A stretch of DNA of 64,000 nt, from the NCBI GenBank assembly GCA_964430885.1, contig CAYSHM010000003.1, positions 160,001 through 224,000 of the forward strand. The letters run 5' to 3'. Every line of letters begins with the position of its first letter. Positions within the stretch are counted from its first letter, which is position 1. The position numbers were made by a program, and so were the translations under genes. The DNA comes from an uncultured archaeon. GTDB taxonomy: Archaea > Thermoplasmatota > Penumbrarchaeia > JASLWR01. Below, in pieces: positions 1 through 9,309 of the stretch. The notes below the pieces were generated by a model that had not been told where the DNA came from, did not search any database, and worked only from the letters and a program-made list of their open reading frames with translations.

Positions 1-75
1 TATGGTTCAATACTACAAATGAATATTGGACCTGAAATATGATCACATAAGAGGAATTTTCCTTTCAGGTTACCA

Positions 76-3036
76 TTACATATTTCGGGAAATGTTTTTT
101 TCGGACGTCAGAAAGAAAACCACTCCAATCATTATGACAATGGTCCCTATGACCAACACTATAATGATCCAATGAAAATCCCTTTTTGTGCCTGAAGGCT
201 TTTCATATCGGCCAGCATCGTATGGAAAGTGGTCCCAGGCATTCTCAATCCCATCCCCATCAATGTCATCATCCATATGATCGGCTATCCAATCGCCGTC
301 AAGATCAAAAGGATAGGAGAGACGATTTTCGTGTCCAGTACCTTCCTGTAGTTCAATAATATTGGACCATCCATCCCCATCAATGTCATCATCCATAACA
401 TCAGGTGTTCCATCACCATCGAGGTCTGACGGATAGGAAAATAAGGAATAAGGATCGGTCCCTGCAGCTCTTTCCACGCTATCGTTCCAACCATCGCCAT
501 CGGCATCAAATCCTTTCTCAGCTTCAACCAATACTATTAAAGTATCTCTGTCATGATTACCTTCAGCATCTGTGACAACCAGGGAAATATTGTAAAAACC
601 TGTTACTATGAACTCATAGAAAAGCATCTTCCCGTACAATAAAACATTCGACCCATCAAGGATAAAACTCCAGGTATAATTGATAATACCCATATTATCA
701 CTGCTATTTCTAGCATACAGCATAGCGCTAGCTCCCTGAAGTATCAATATATCATCCCCCGCATCGGCAACAGGTGGCGTTATATCCCTGACCGCGACCA
801 TGAACGCATCCTCATCATAATTACCTGCTGCATCGGACACATTGAGAACCACCCTGTAATTACCTGCTTGGCTAAAAAGAAATTCCGCCTCTTGGGAATA
901 GAAAAATATGACGGCCCCACCATATTCCAAGACCCAGGTAAAATTCACAATTCCCACATTATCACTGCAGCGGGAAGCATTCAAGAATAATTTTTCATGC
1001 TGTCCCATGAATACATCGGCTCCTGCATCGGCAATGGGAGGAGTGATATCCTTGACAGTTACCATTAGAAAATCCACTGCCCAATTCCCCTGCTCATCAC
1101 TGACGTTCAGGCACACTAAAAAAGGACCGGCTATGTTGAAGATGAAAACTGGGTTTGGACCGAATATCCTGACATCTCGACCATCATAACTGAAGGACCA
1201 TGAATAGTTGAAAACCGCCAAATTATCCTCACTTTGAGTCCCATTGAACACCACTGAAACATGCTGCTCTGAGAAAATGTCATCTCCGGCTCTAGCTATT
1301 GGAGCTATCTCATCTATCACCGTGACCTGGAAGGAATCCTCATCAGCATTCCCAACCTCATCTGTCAAGCGAAGGTTCACAATGAATATATCCAGTTCCA
1401 TGAATGAATGTGACACCGATGGACCATAGAGTTCTAGAGGGTCATCAAAATCGATCTGCCAGGTAAAATTCACAATACTGGGAGTGAAAATGCTGGCGTT
1501 TCCGTTGAAATACACTTTCACTCCTGCGTTAACTGTGACATCGGGGCCTGCTTCAGCCTCGAGAGGATAGTATTTGAAGGTCCAGTTTGCATAATACATA
1601 GTTGAAGGGTCAAAGAGCAGGGATGCGGCCAATGATACATTATAAACACCCGGTTCTAACCCTTTCAGATAATATTTCAGACAGCCGTTGGTAATATTGC
1701 ATAGGAAAGTCACATCCATGCCGTTCAACTTCGCAGTTATGCTCTCGGGATCCAATTGAGCGGAATCGAAACAGGCAGAAATTTCGGGAGGAGTTAGCGT
1801 ATAAGCCATATACCGTGGACTTCTATCAACAATTGGAAGAGGCGATCGGTAGTTCTCGAAAAGATCGGCATAGTACTTGAGACGAGGGGAAGAGGCCCAA
1901 TTTGCCAATAGGTAGAGGTTATTTATGTGGATGTCATGGTAGCTGCCTGAAGCCAGTTTGCCGTCTTTTAGTGAATAGTAGCTCCATCTTCCAGTGTCAT
2001 ATCTATGTATATGACCTATCAACTCCGGGATGCTCAGCTGAAAACGTTCCAGGGCACGAGTATCATTGGTCATTTCATAATAGAGGTAAAGGTCACGCAG
2101 TGCGGTTGTATATCCGTTCAGGATCCTATGGGAATGATTGCTGGGGCATTCGGCGTACCAGGGCCCGAAATCCCCCGGTTCCTTTATCCCTCCTTCCCAC
2201 CAGTTAAGATAGAAGGTTTGAAGGGTAGAACCAGCTGCAGATAGGTAGGTTCTATTGCCTGTTATACTATAGGACATACCTAACAATTTCAGAATACGGG
2301 CCTGGGCTAGTGCAGATGACCATGGAGCCACCTGATCCCATTTGCTGTGATTGAAAAGATAGGGCCAAGATCTCAATGTCCTATTGTCCCGTTCATAGAC
2401 CCTGGAATGGGATAACAATCGGTCAAGACCCCTTCCCAATAACTGTAAATTGCCGTCGTCAATAATATAGAACAGATGGGATGCGGCAAAAAGGGGATTA
2501 TAACAAGCGCCAATGGACTTGTAGAAAGACCAGGTATCGTCATTGAAGGTGAATACAACCACCCATTCCTTGCCAAGGCCTATACTGAGACCGTAATCAG
2601 TGGCTTCGGACCTCAGGGACATTTCTCGATACAGGTATGGATCCAGTGAACCCGAACGGTGAAGCCAGAAGAGATCAGATATGAAATTGGCGTAAATGGA
2701 TTGAAGCAAACTAGAATTTCCTTTACTGTAGTTTTCCGCTCGGGTAAGCCAGGTAACCCCATGTTGAAATTGGGATTCTGTGATACTGCTTTCATTGAGC
2801 CAATGGGATGAAAGTGAAAAAATATCCCTAAGGGTATCTGAAATATTATTCTCTTCTTTCCCCCTGGTATGGCACCTATCATTGGATTCAACTTCGGAGA
2901 CATATGAATTGCAGTTGTTTGTTAAAGTAGGGAACGGCATATGGCTTTCTTCTGCAAGGAAGCTTTGGAAAAGAGAAAAAGACAGAACCATGCAGATAAT
3001 TATGAATTTTACATCCTGCGGCATTTTCATAGGCAT
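76..3036 (-). CDS. Membrane-anchored surface protein: D-glucuronyl C5-epimerase-like domain, PKD repeats, DxDGDG Ca-binding repeats, C-terminal TM
   Basis: Signal-like N-terminus; WSSALAQ..., GPWYAECP...ILNG, RYDTGRWSYYSL, SYHDIH resemble the C5-epimerase C-terminal domain; four PxAxAGxD...FxGxxSxDN...YxW PKD units; C-terminal hydrophobic helix. Confidence 0.75.
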   Translation of the reverse strand: MPMKMPQDVKFIIICMVLSFSLFQSFLAEESHMPFPTLTNNCNSYVSEVESNDRCHTRGKEENNISDTLRDIFSLSSHWLNESSITESQFQHGVTWLTRAENYSKGNSSLLQSIYANFISDLFWLHRSGSLDPYLYREMSLRSEATDYGLSIGLGKEWVVVFTFNDDTWSFYKSIGACYNPLFAASHLFYIIDDGNLQLLGRGLDRLLSHSRVYERDNRTLRSWPYLFNHSKWDQVAPWSSALAQARILKLLGMSYSITGNRTYLSAAGSTLQTFYLNWWEGGIKEPGDFGPWYAECPSNHSHRILNGYTTALRDLYLYYEMTNDTRALERFQLSIPELIGHIHRYDTGRWSYYSLKDGKLASGSYHDIHINNLYLLANWASSPRLKYYADLFENYRSPLPIVDRSPRYMAYTLTPPEISACFDSAQLDPESITAKLNGMDVTFLCNITNGCLKYYLKGLEPGVYNVSLAASLLFDPSTMYYANWTFKYYPLEAEAGPDVTVNAGVKVYFNGNASIFTPSIVNFTWQIDFDDPLELYGPSVSHSFMELDIFIVNLRLTDEVGNADEDSFQVTVIDEIAPIARAGDDIFSEQHVSVVFNGTQSEDNLAVFNYSWSFSYDGRDVRIFGPNPVFIFNIAGPFLVCLNVSDEQGNWAVDFLMVTVKDITPPIADAGADVFMGQHEKLFLNASRCSDNVGIVNFTWVLEYGGAVIFFYSQEAEFLFSQAGNYRVVLNVSDAAGNYDEDAFMVAVRDITPPVADAGDDILILQGASAMLYARNSSDNMGIINYTWSFILDGSNVLLYGKMLFYEFIVTGFYNISLVVTDAEGNHDRDTLIVLVEAEKGFDADGDGWNDSVERAAGTDPYSLFSYPSDLDGDGTPDVMDDDIDGDGWSNIIELQEGTGHENRLSYPFDLDGDWIADHMDDDIDGDGIENAWDHFPYDAGRYEKPSGTKRDFHWIIIVLVIGTIVIMIGVVFFLTSEKNISRNM

Positions 3037-3326
3037 ATTCCCCCCCCATAATCAATAAAATCTAATATATGAGAATATACTCTTTAATATATTCATAAAA
3101 AAAATACTTATGGTTAAACCAGTAAAAGTAGAGAAAACGGAATTCAATAATTAATTCCGAATCCATATCAATTGATGTGGTAGTGATCAAATACTTCAAC
3201 GAATTAATAATCCGTGTATTGAACTGAATTTTCAGCGGTTCACATACAAGGAGGGCAGTAATACAATACAATGAAATAATACTGCACCTAATTTTAAATA
3301 ATGGTTATTTGATTATGTATACGAAG

Positions 3327-3341
3327 TTATAATGATTACAT
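3327..3341 (+). promoter_or_regulatory. Putative PerR/Fur operator
   Basis: TTATAATGATTACAT resembles the Per box TTATAATnATTATAA and lies directly upstream of the fur/perR gene. Confidence 0.5.
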
Positions 3342-3365
3342 AATTGTATTAGATCGGGTGATTTT

Positions 3366-3779
3366 TTGGAAAAATTCGTAAAGATACTCAAGGAAAAGGG
3401 TTTGAAGATCACACCCCAGCGTCTGGATATCATGAGTTATTTGGATGTGAACCGATGCCACCCGGATGTGGATACTATATACAGGGATCTCAAGGAGAAA
3501 AATCCCTCTTTGTCCAAAACCACGGTCTACAATACACTTCAGACCCTTAAGGAGAAGGGAGTAATACTAGAACTTACCATTTCAGGATCGGAAAGAAGAT
3601 TCGATTACGACCATGGTTTTCACCATCATTTTCAATGTTTGAAATGCAACAGGATAATTGACATGGACATCCCCTGCGATTATGTAAACAATATTTCTGA
3701 AATGGGCCATGAAGTGAAGGAGATACACAGCTACATCAAAGGGATTTGCATGGACTGTCTAAAAGAGGACCAATCTTAA
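3366..3779 (+). CDS. perR: Fur/PerR-family transcriptional repressor
   Basis: GLKITPQR, HP, SLSKTTVYNTL, RFD...HHHFQCLKC, C-terminal CMDC. Confidence 0.85.
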   Translation: MEKFVKILKEKGLKITPQRLDIMSYLDVNRCHPDVDTIYRDLKEKNPSLSKTTVYNTLQTLKEKGVILELTISGSERRFDYDHGFHHHFQCLKCNRIIDMDIPCDYVNNISEMGHEVKEIHSYIKGICMDCLKEDQS

Positions 3780-3864
3780 AAATAATGAAAAGAAATTACC
3801 CTGAAAGATCCGAAATAATATCAACTAAAAGAAAGAAATCTACGTATGAAAAGGAGGTAAAAAC

Positions 3865-4023
3865 ATGGACAAATACGAATGCATGGTATGCGGATATGTA
3901 TACAACCCCGAAGTGGGCGACCCGGACGGAGGCATTGCTCCAGGAACAGCTTTTGAGGATATCCCTGACGATTGGGTATGCCCTGTATGCGGCGTCGGAA
4001 AAGAGGATTTTGAGAAGATATAG
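3865..4023 (+). CDS. rub: Rubredoxin (52 aa, absent from ORF track)
   Basis: Translated by hand: [52 protein letters not shown]; SD AAGGAGG upstream. Confidence 0.95.
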   Translation: MDKYECMVCGYVYNPEVGDPDGGIAPGTAFEDIPDDWVCPVCGVGKEDFEKI

Positions 4024-4033
4024 ATAAAAAGGA

Positions 4034-5221
4034 GTGATTGGATTGAACAAGGAGGAGATCAAGCCCGGAATATTTTGGGTAGGTGGCATCGACTGGAATT
4101 TACGTAATTTCCACGGCTATATTACCCAGAAAGGATCGACCTATAATTCATATCTGATAATGGATGAGAAGATAGTTCTGGTGGATACTGTTAAGAGCTA
4201 TCTCTTTCCGGAAATGATGGAGCGTATCAAGGCAGTTGCGGACCCTGAGAAGATCGACCTATTGGTATCCAACCATGTGGAGATGGACCATTCCGGATCC
4301 CTTCCCATGATCAAGGAATTACTGCCCAATGCAAAGATCGTCACATCACCCCAGGGAAAAATGGGATTGGAAAGGCATTTCAAGAGCGGATGGGACTACC
4401 AGGTAGTAAGGTCAGGCGACAGCGTGAATATCGGAAAACGCAATCTAGTCTTCGTTCAGACACCCATGGTGCACTGGCCCGATTCCATGGTCACCTATAT
4501 CCCCGAGGACAATCTCCTCCTTCCAAATGACGCCTTCGGACAGCACATAGCAAGCACCGAGAGATACGACCGCCAGATGGAATGGGGAATGCTCAAGGAG
4601 GAAGCGGCAAAATACTATGCCAATATTGTAATGCCTTTCGGTCCCCAGGTGAAAAAGGCCCTGGAAACGGTTTCCTCTCTGAAGATCGACATGATAGCTC
4701 CCAGCCACGGTATTATTTGGCAATCATATATTCCTGACATAATAGCAGAATATTCCAAATGGTGCGAGAACAGAACCGAAAAAAAGGCCCTGATAGTATA
4801 TGACAGCATGTGGGGAACGACTGAATGCATTGCAAAAAGACTTCTTTCGGCACTGCAGGAAGCGGGGATCAAGGTCTCTTTCAGGGACCTGAAGTACAAC
4901 CATATCTCCGACATCATGACAGATGTCCTCACATCAAGATTGATACTAATGGGATCACCCACACTGAACAATAATTATCTGCCTACTATGGGAGCGCTTC
5001 TGACCTACCTGAAGGGCCTCAGACCCAAGGGCAGAATAGGCTTGGCCTTCGGCTCATACGGCTGGAGCGGACAGGCCGTGAAGTTCATCTCCGAGGAAAT
5101 GAAGAAAATGGGATGGGATGTGCCCCTTGAAGGTATAAATATTAAATTCATTCCTGAGAGTGGAGAATTGGACGAGGTGGAAGAGGTTGGACAAAAATTG
5201 ATAGAAATGCTGAATGATTGA
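4034..5221 (+). CDS. fprA: Flavodiiron protein (A-type flavoprotein)
   Basis: GSTYNSYLI, NHVEMDHSGS, PMVHWPDSM, DAFGQH, IAPSHG; flavodoxin motifs YDSMWGTT and FGSYGWSG. Confidence 0.95.
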   Translation: MIGLNKEEIKPGIFWVGGIDWNLRNFHGYITQKGSTYNSYLIMDEKIVLVDTVKSYLFPEMMERIKAVADPEKIDLLVSNHVEMDHSGSLPMIKELLPNAKIVTSPQGKMGLERHFKSGWDYQVVRSGDSVNIGKRNLVFVQTPMVHWPDSMVTYIPEDNLLLPNDAFGQHIASTERYDRQMEWGMLKEEAAKYYANIVMPFGPQVKKALETVSSLKIDMIAPSHGIIWQSYIPDIIAEYSKWCENRTEKKALIVYDSMWGTTECIAKRLLSALQEAGIKVSFRDLKYNHISDIMTDVLTSRLILMGSPTLNNNYLPTMGALLTYLKGLRPKGRIGLAFGSYGWSGQAVKFISEEMKKMGWDVPLEGINIKFIPESGELDEVEEVGQKLIEMLND

Positions 5222-5273
5222 AAATTATCAATCAATAAACACATTAATAGAAAAATGAAAGGAGGAACTAGAC

Positions 5274-5456
5274 GTGAGTGAAATGGAAAAAAAGGTATTG
5301 GATGCAATGAAAGAAGCGGGTAAACCCGTAAGACCGGGCGACATCGCCAAGATGATCAATCTAGACAGCAAAGATGTATCCAAGGCTATCAAGAAATTGA
5401 AGAATGATGGGAGCGTTCATTCGCCCAAAAGGTGCTACTACTCAGTTAGCGAGTAA
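5274..5456 (+). CDS. Small winged-helix protein
   Basis: KVLDAMKEAGKPVRPGDIA...VSKAIKKLK...SPKRCYY; SD GGAGG. Confidence 0.8.
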   Translation: MSEMEKKVLDAMKEAGKPVRPGDIAKMINLDSKDVSKAIKKLKNDGSVHSPKRCYYSVSE

Positions 5457-5624
5457 TTAGTCAGACTTGAAGTATTTGAGTCTAAAGAGCCAATTTATGA
5501 ATAAAACTGATAAAAATGAAAAAAGGAGAATTAGGTGAGAGTATTCCTGACTAAAGCACTTAGAGGAATGACCTACAAATAGTATAATACATATTGACAA
5601 TAAAATGTTCAAGGAGGAACTGTT

Positions 5625-6140
5625 ATGATAGATAAAAAGATGGTAAAAGCACTGAATAAACAACTGAACGCTGAACTGTATGCTTCATACCTATATTATT
5701 CCGCTTCTGCCTATTTGGAATCCATTAATTTTGGAGGATTCGCTCACTGGATGAGAGCACAGGCCATGGAAGAGATAGGGCACGCCCAGAGATTCTACAA
5801 CCATATAGTAGAGAGGGGCGGAGATGTAAAATTGGAGAAGATCGAACAGCCGCAAAAAAAGTGGAAGTCACTTCTAGAAACCGTAAAAGCCGCTTACGAT
5901 CACGAGGTGAAAGTGACCGGAATGATAAATAAACTTGTTGATCTGGCACAGAAGGAGAAAGACCATGCAACCTTCAATTTCCTTCAATGGTTCGTCATGG
6001 AACAGGTGGAAGAAGAAGAACAGACAAGCGAACTCATCGCCAAGCTTGAGATGATCGGCGATTCAGTCGGATCCATCCTGATGTACGATAAGAAGATGGG
6101 GGAACGACCAATCAAGGCATTTTGGCAGGCACCAAAATAA
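5625..6140 (+). CDS. ftn: Non-heme ferritin
   Basis: LNKQLNAELYASYLY, QAMEEIGHA, HEVKVT, FLQWFVMEQVEEE. Confidence 0.95.
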   Translation: MIDKKMVKALNKQLNAELYASYLYYSASAYLESINFGGFAHWMRAQAMEEIGHAQRFYNHIVERGGDVKLEKIEQPQKKWKSLLETVKAAYDHEVKVTGMINKLVDLAQKEKDHATFNFLQWFVMEQVEEEEQTSELIAKLEMIGDSVGSILMYDKKMGERPIKAFWQAPK

Positions 6141-6163
6141 AAAGGTTTTCAAGCCTATATCAC

Positions 6164-6204
6164 TGATGCCCTCCGAGCATTTGGAGGGATCATTTTCTCT
6201 TTTT
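6164..6204 (+). terminator. Hairpin plus T-tract terminator after ferritin
   Basis: TGAT-G-CCCTCCGA GCAT TTGGAGGGATCA followed by TTTTCTCTTTTT. Confidence 0.65.
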
Positions 6205-6251
6205 ATTCTTTAACAACTGCATTATTTCAAATAATCATTACAGGTGACCAA

Positions 6252-6746
6252 ATGGATCTAACTGGATATGAGCTCAAAGATGTATTTATAACTGCCCTCA
6301 AATCAGAAAAGGAAAGTTATAGGGTGTATAAGAATCTAGCAAACATAGTGAACAACGCCTTTCTTAAGGATAAGCTAGAATTCCTTGCCAAAGAGGAAGT
6401 GAAGCATTATTCTTTTTTAGCCAAAGCCTTCGATAAATTGTTCAGTAAGAGCGACATTGAACTTCCTGAAAAGTCACCCATTCCCTTACCAGAAATAAAG
6501 ATCGATGATGAACTTATGGAAATCAGCGAAATTTTGAGCAGTGCCATGGAAGCTGAAAAGGCAGCAAGCAGATTTTATCTCAGTATGGCTAAACTGGTCA
6601 GGGATCATCACCTCATTTCCAAAACATTGAAATATCTGGCCCAGATGGAAATTGGGCATTACAAACTGCTGGAAATTGAGAGAGAAAACATAGCTGATTT
6701 CGAGAACTTTCAGGACGGATGGCCCCTGATGCATGTGGGACCCTGA
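6252..6746 (+). CDS. Rubrerythrin-like ferritin-family protein
   Basis: ALKSEKESY...LAKEEVKH and AMEAEKAA..FY...LAQMEIGH diiron motifs. Confidence 0.85.
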   Translation: MDLTGYELKDVFITALKSEKESYRVYKNLANIVNNAFLKDKLEFLAKEEVKHYSFLAKAFDKLFSKSDIELPEKSPIPLPEIKIDDELMEISEILSSAMEAEKAASRFYLSMAKLVRDHHLISKTLKYLAQMEIGHYKLLEIERENIADFENFQDGWPLMHVGP

Positions 6747-6856
6747 TATGAACTCTCCAATTCAGTCCTAAATCAATTGTTTCAGAACAAACATGCCAAT
6801 TTATTTATTCCTGGTGCAGATTCAATTAAGAAAAAGCTCTGAAGGAAGGAAGCAGA

Positions 6857-7345
6857 ATGATAGATGTTGTGGAAATACTGAAGAACGGCCACGGAGGCAT
6901 CGGGGAGAACAGCCTCATGGGATTGAACTTCATAAATGATATCAATGTGAGCGGATGGTCCGGAGGAATGAATATAAGCATGGTGGAAAAGAAGACCCAT
7001 TTCATGAAAGACCTGATACTTCCCCATTTCAGACAGGAGGAAACAGTGATCTATCTCCTCCGCAAGGATTTTGATCTTAACGATTATGCCTCGGATGTAA
7101 TAAAAAAGGTAGTTAAGGAGCATGAGTATTTCAGGAACAGGATCCAAGAGCTGCAGAATATGAGGGGTTCCCTTGAAATCTTCGACCTGGAGGTCTTTGT
7201 TCAATTCAGAAAGGAGTTCAATAAATTGATGGAGGGACTATTCAAACATGCCGAATACGAGGATACCCATCTATTCCCCCTTTTCAGAAGGATGCTGAAA
7301 CCTGAGCACATCCGATATATCGAAGATAAATGGAAAATGGGATGA
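6857..7345 (+). CDS. Hemerythrin (HHE) domain protein
   Basis: LKNGH, HFRQEE, EH, HAEYED..LFP. Confidence 0.75.
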   Translation: MIDVVEILKNGHGGIGENSLMGLNFINDINVSGWSGGMNISMVEKKTHFMKDLILPHFRQEETVIYLLRKDFDLNDYASDVIKKVVKEHEYFRNRIQELQNMRGSLEIFDLEVFVQFRKEFNKLMEGLFKHAEYEDTHLFPLFRRMLKPEHIRYIEDKWKMG

Positions 7346-7390
7346 AATATCCCTTCTATTCCATCATAGTGTTTGAAAAGGAGGCCTCAT

Positions 7391-7888
7391 ATGATAATAG
7401 ATGTAATAGAAATATTGAAGAATGGACACGGCGGTATTCAGGAAACCATACTTCTCCGGAAGAAATACATTGATTCTATTGGTATTGAAAGCGAATTGGG
7501 TACGGATGCAGTTAAGATACTTAAAAAAAAAATGGAGTTCTTGAACGATGTCATGATACCCCACTTCAGGCAGGAAGAAGTTGCTATTTTTTTAATTCGT
7601 AACGAAATAGATATGAAGACGACAGAGGGCGAGATAATTCGTAAGGTTTTGGAAGAGCATGTTGATTTCAGAGAAAGGATCGATGCCTTTATCGAGGACA
7701 CACTTATCAATACAAAGGAATCAATACAAATCCCTCTATTCAAGAATAAATTCAATAAACTTCTAAATGACATTTTGGAACACGCTGAATTTGAAGATGA
7801 AGAACTGTTTCCGATCATCAGGAACAGAATCAATCCAGGTCATATCAAGTATATCAAGGAAAAGTGGAATGAACTTAACATGATTTAG
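7391..7888 (+). CDS. Hemerythrin (HHE) domain protein, tandem paralog
   Basis: Same motifs; N-terminus IDVIEILKNGHGGI nearly identical to the preceding gene, which supports the ATG at 7391. Confidence 0.75.
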   Translation: MIIDVIEILKNGHGGIQETILLRKKYIDSIGIESELGTDAVKILKKKMEFLNDVMIPHFRQEEVAIFLIRNEIDMKTTEGEIIRKVLEEHVDFRERIDAFIEDTLINTKESIQIPLFKNKFNKLLNDILEHAEFEDEELFPIIRNRINPGHIKYIKEKWNELNMI

Positions 7889-7979
7889 AATAAATAAAAA
7901 AATAAATATCACAACTGATAATTATTAAAAAAACAATATTACTGAAAGATATTAAAAAGATGGTTTTTAGGTGATTGAA

Positions 7980-8435
7980 ATGGAAAAGTTCAATTCAGTG
8001 GAAGAAGCCCTGGACTTCGCTATAGTAAATGAAGAAGAAGCATATCAGTTCTATACTGAATTAGCAGATAATATGAAACTGGAATCAATGAAAAACGTTT
8101 TCCTTGGTTTTGCCAAGGAAGAATTGGGCCATAAGGAGAAATTAATGAAAATAAAAGCTGGTGAAGTAGCAAGCCCTCCTGAGAAAAAGGTAACCGATCT
8201 CAAGATCTCTGATTTTGTTGTAGATGTGCAGCCCTCTGACGATATGGATTACCAGGATGCTCTGATCTTGGCCATGAAAAAGGAGAAGGCAGCATTCAAA
8301 CTTTACACCAAGATGGCGGAGATCTCCGAGGATGCGGTACTGAAAAAGATATTCTTCTCTCTGGCCCAGGAAGAAGCAAAACATAAACTTAGATTCGAAA
8401 TCGAATACGACGATTATGTATTCAATGAAAATTGA
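7980..8435 (+). CDS. Rubrerythrin-like ferritin-family protein
   Basis: AIVNEEEAYQFY, FAKEELGHK, AMKKEKAAFKLY, LAQEEAKHK; SD AGGTGA before ATG 7980. Confidence 0.9.
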   Translation: MEKFNSVEEALDFAIVNEEEAYQFYTELADNMKLESMKNVFLGFAKEELGHKEKLMKIKAGEVASPPEKKVTDLKISDFVVDVQPSDDMDYQDALILAMKKEKAAFKLYTKMAEISEDAVLKKIFFSLAQEEAKHKLRFEIEYDDYVFNEN

Positions 8436-8448
8436 AGCGGTCCATCTA

Positions 8449-9057
8449 TTATTCTTGGGCAATCATTCCCGCTTCTTTTTTCAATTTCAATAATTCGTTT
8501 ATCTTGCCATCAATATCCAATTCGGACCCTTTACCCACTCCTCTGCAGAAACTGCAGACAAAAAGTTCCCCGGATGGGAACAGCAGAAAGGGAAAGGCAC
8601 TGCATGAAAAACATTTGATATCATATATTTTGCATAGACTCTTATCTTTATCATACTGAGGGCAATCTCCCCTTATCTCCATATATGGATGAGAAGCACC
8701 TGTGGGTTCATGGACCGCCACCTTGTCGATGGGAAGAAAGTCCTTTAACCTGTCAAATTCCACCCATGTCATATTGATTCGCCAATTCTGCTGACAGCAC
8801 CAGCCGCATTTAATGCACTCCCACTTCATACTCTTCTCAACTGGATAAAAACCCCCTTCTGCTTCATCCAAGTAATCCGATTTCTCCTTTCTGAAATCAA
8901 CATTCACACCCTTTCTGGGAATTACGACCGTTCCCTTGTCCCCCACCTTGATCTCGGAACCATGAAAGGCCTTTCGTTTTCTTTTCCTTTTTGGGGGCTT
9001 TTTTCTATTGGAGGTTCTCATCGATATCCCATCTTTTCGGCTTGTAAAGGAATCCAT
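8449..9057 (-). CDS. YkgJ-like CxxCxxCC (Zn/Fe-chelating) protein
   Basis: WECIKCGWCC, GDCPQY...LCKIY...CSAFPF, CRGVG; start uncertain. Confidence 0.75.
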   Translation of the reverse strand: MDSFTSRKDGISMRTSNRKKPPKRKRKRKAFHGSEIKVGDKGTVVIPRKGVNVDFRKEKSDYLDEAEGGFYPVEKSMKWECIKCGWCCQQNWRINMTWVEFDRLKDFLPIDKVAVHEPTGASHPYMEIRGDCPQYDKDKSLCKIYDIKCFSCSAFPFLLFPSGELFVCSFCRGVGKGSELDIDGKINELLKLKKEAGMIAQE

Positions 9058-9309
9058 TCATAAAATGCACTTATAATAAATAAATTAACCTGAGAAAACA
9101 GAATATTCCCGATGGCATAAAATGCCTGGCAAGGAGAAACATATCTGGAAGAATGCAATAATTACTAATTATATTAATGAGCTCTTCAATTGAAAAATGC
9201 AACAGATTACAGAGTAATAAATCTGATAAAACCTATAAAATTATTTATAATTTGAAGGTGGTATTGCTAGGGACAAAATTTCATATATTTAAAAAAGAGA
9301 GGCGATAAC

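Noticed and set aside
3746-4027. 93-aa ORF in the supplied track
   Set aside because: Shadow frame; the real gene is the rubredoxin at 3865-4023
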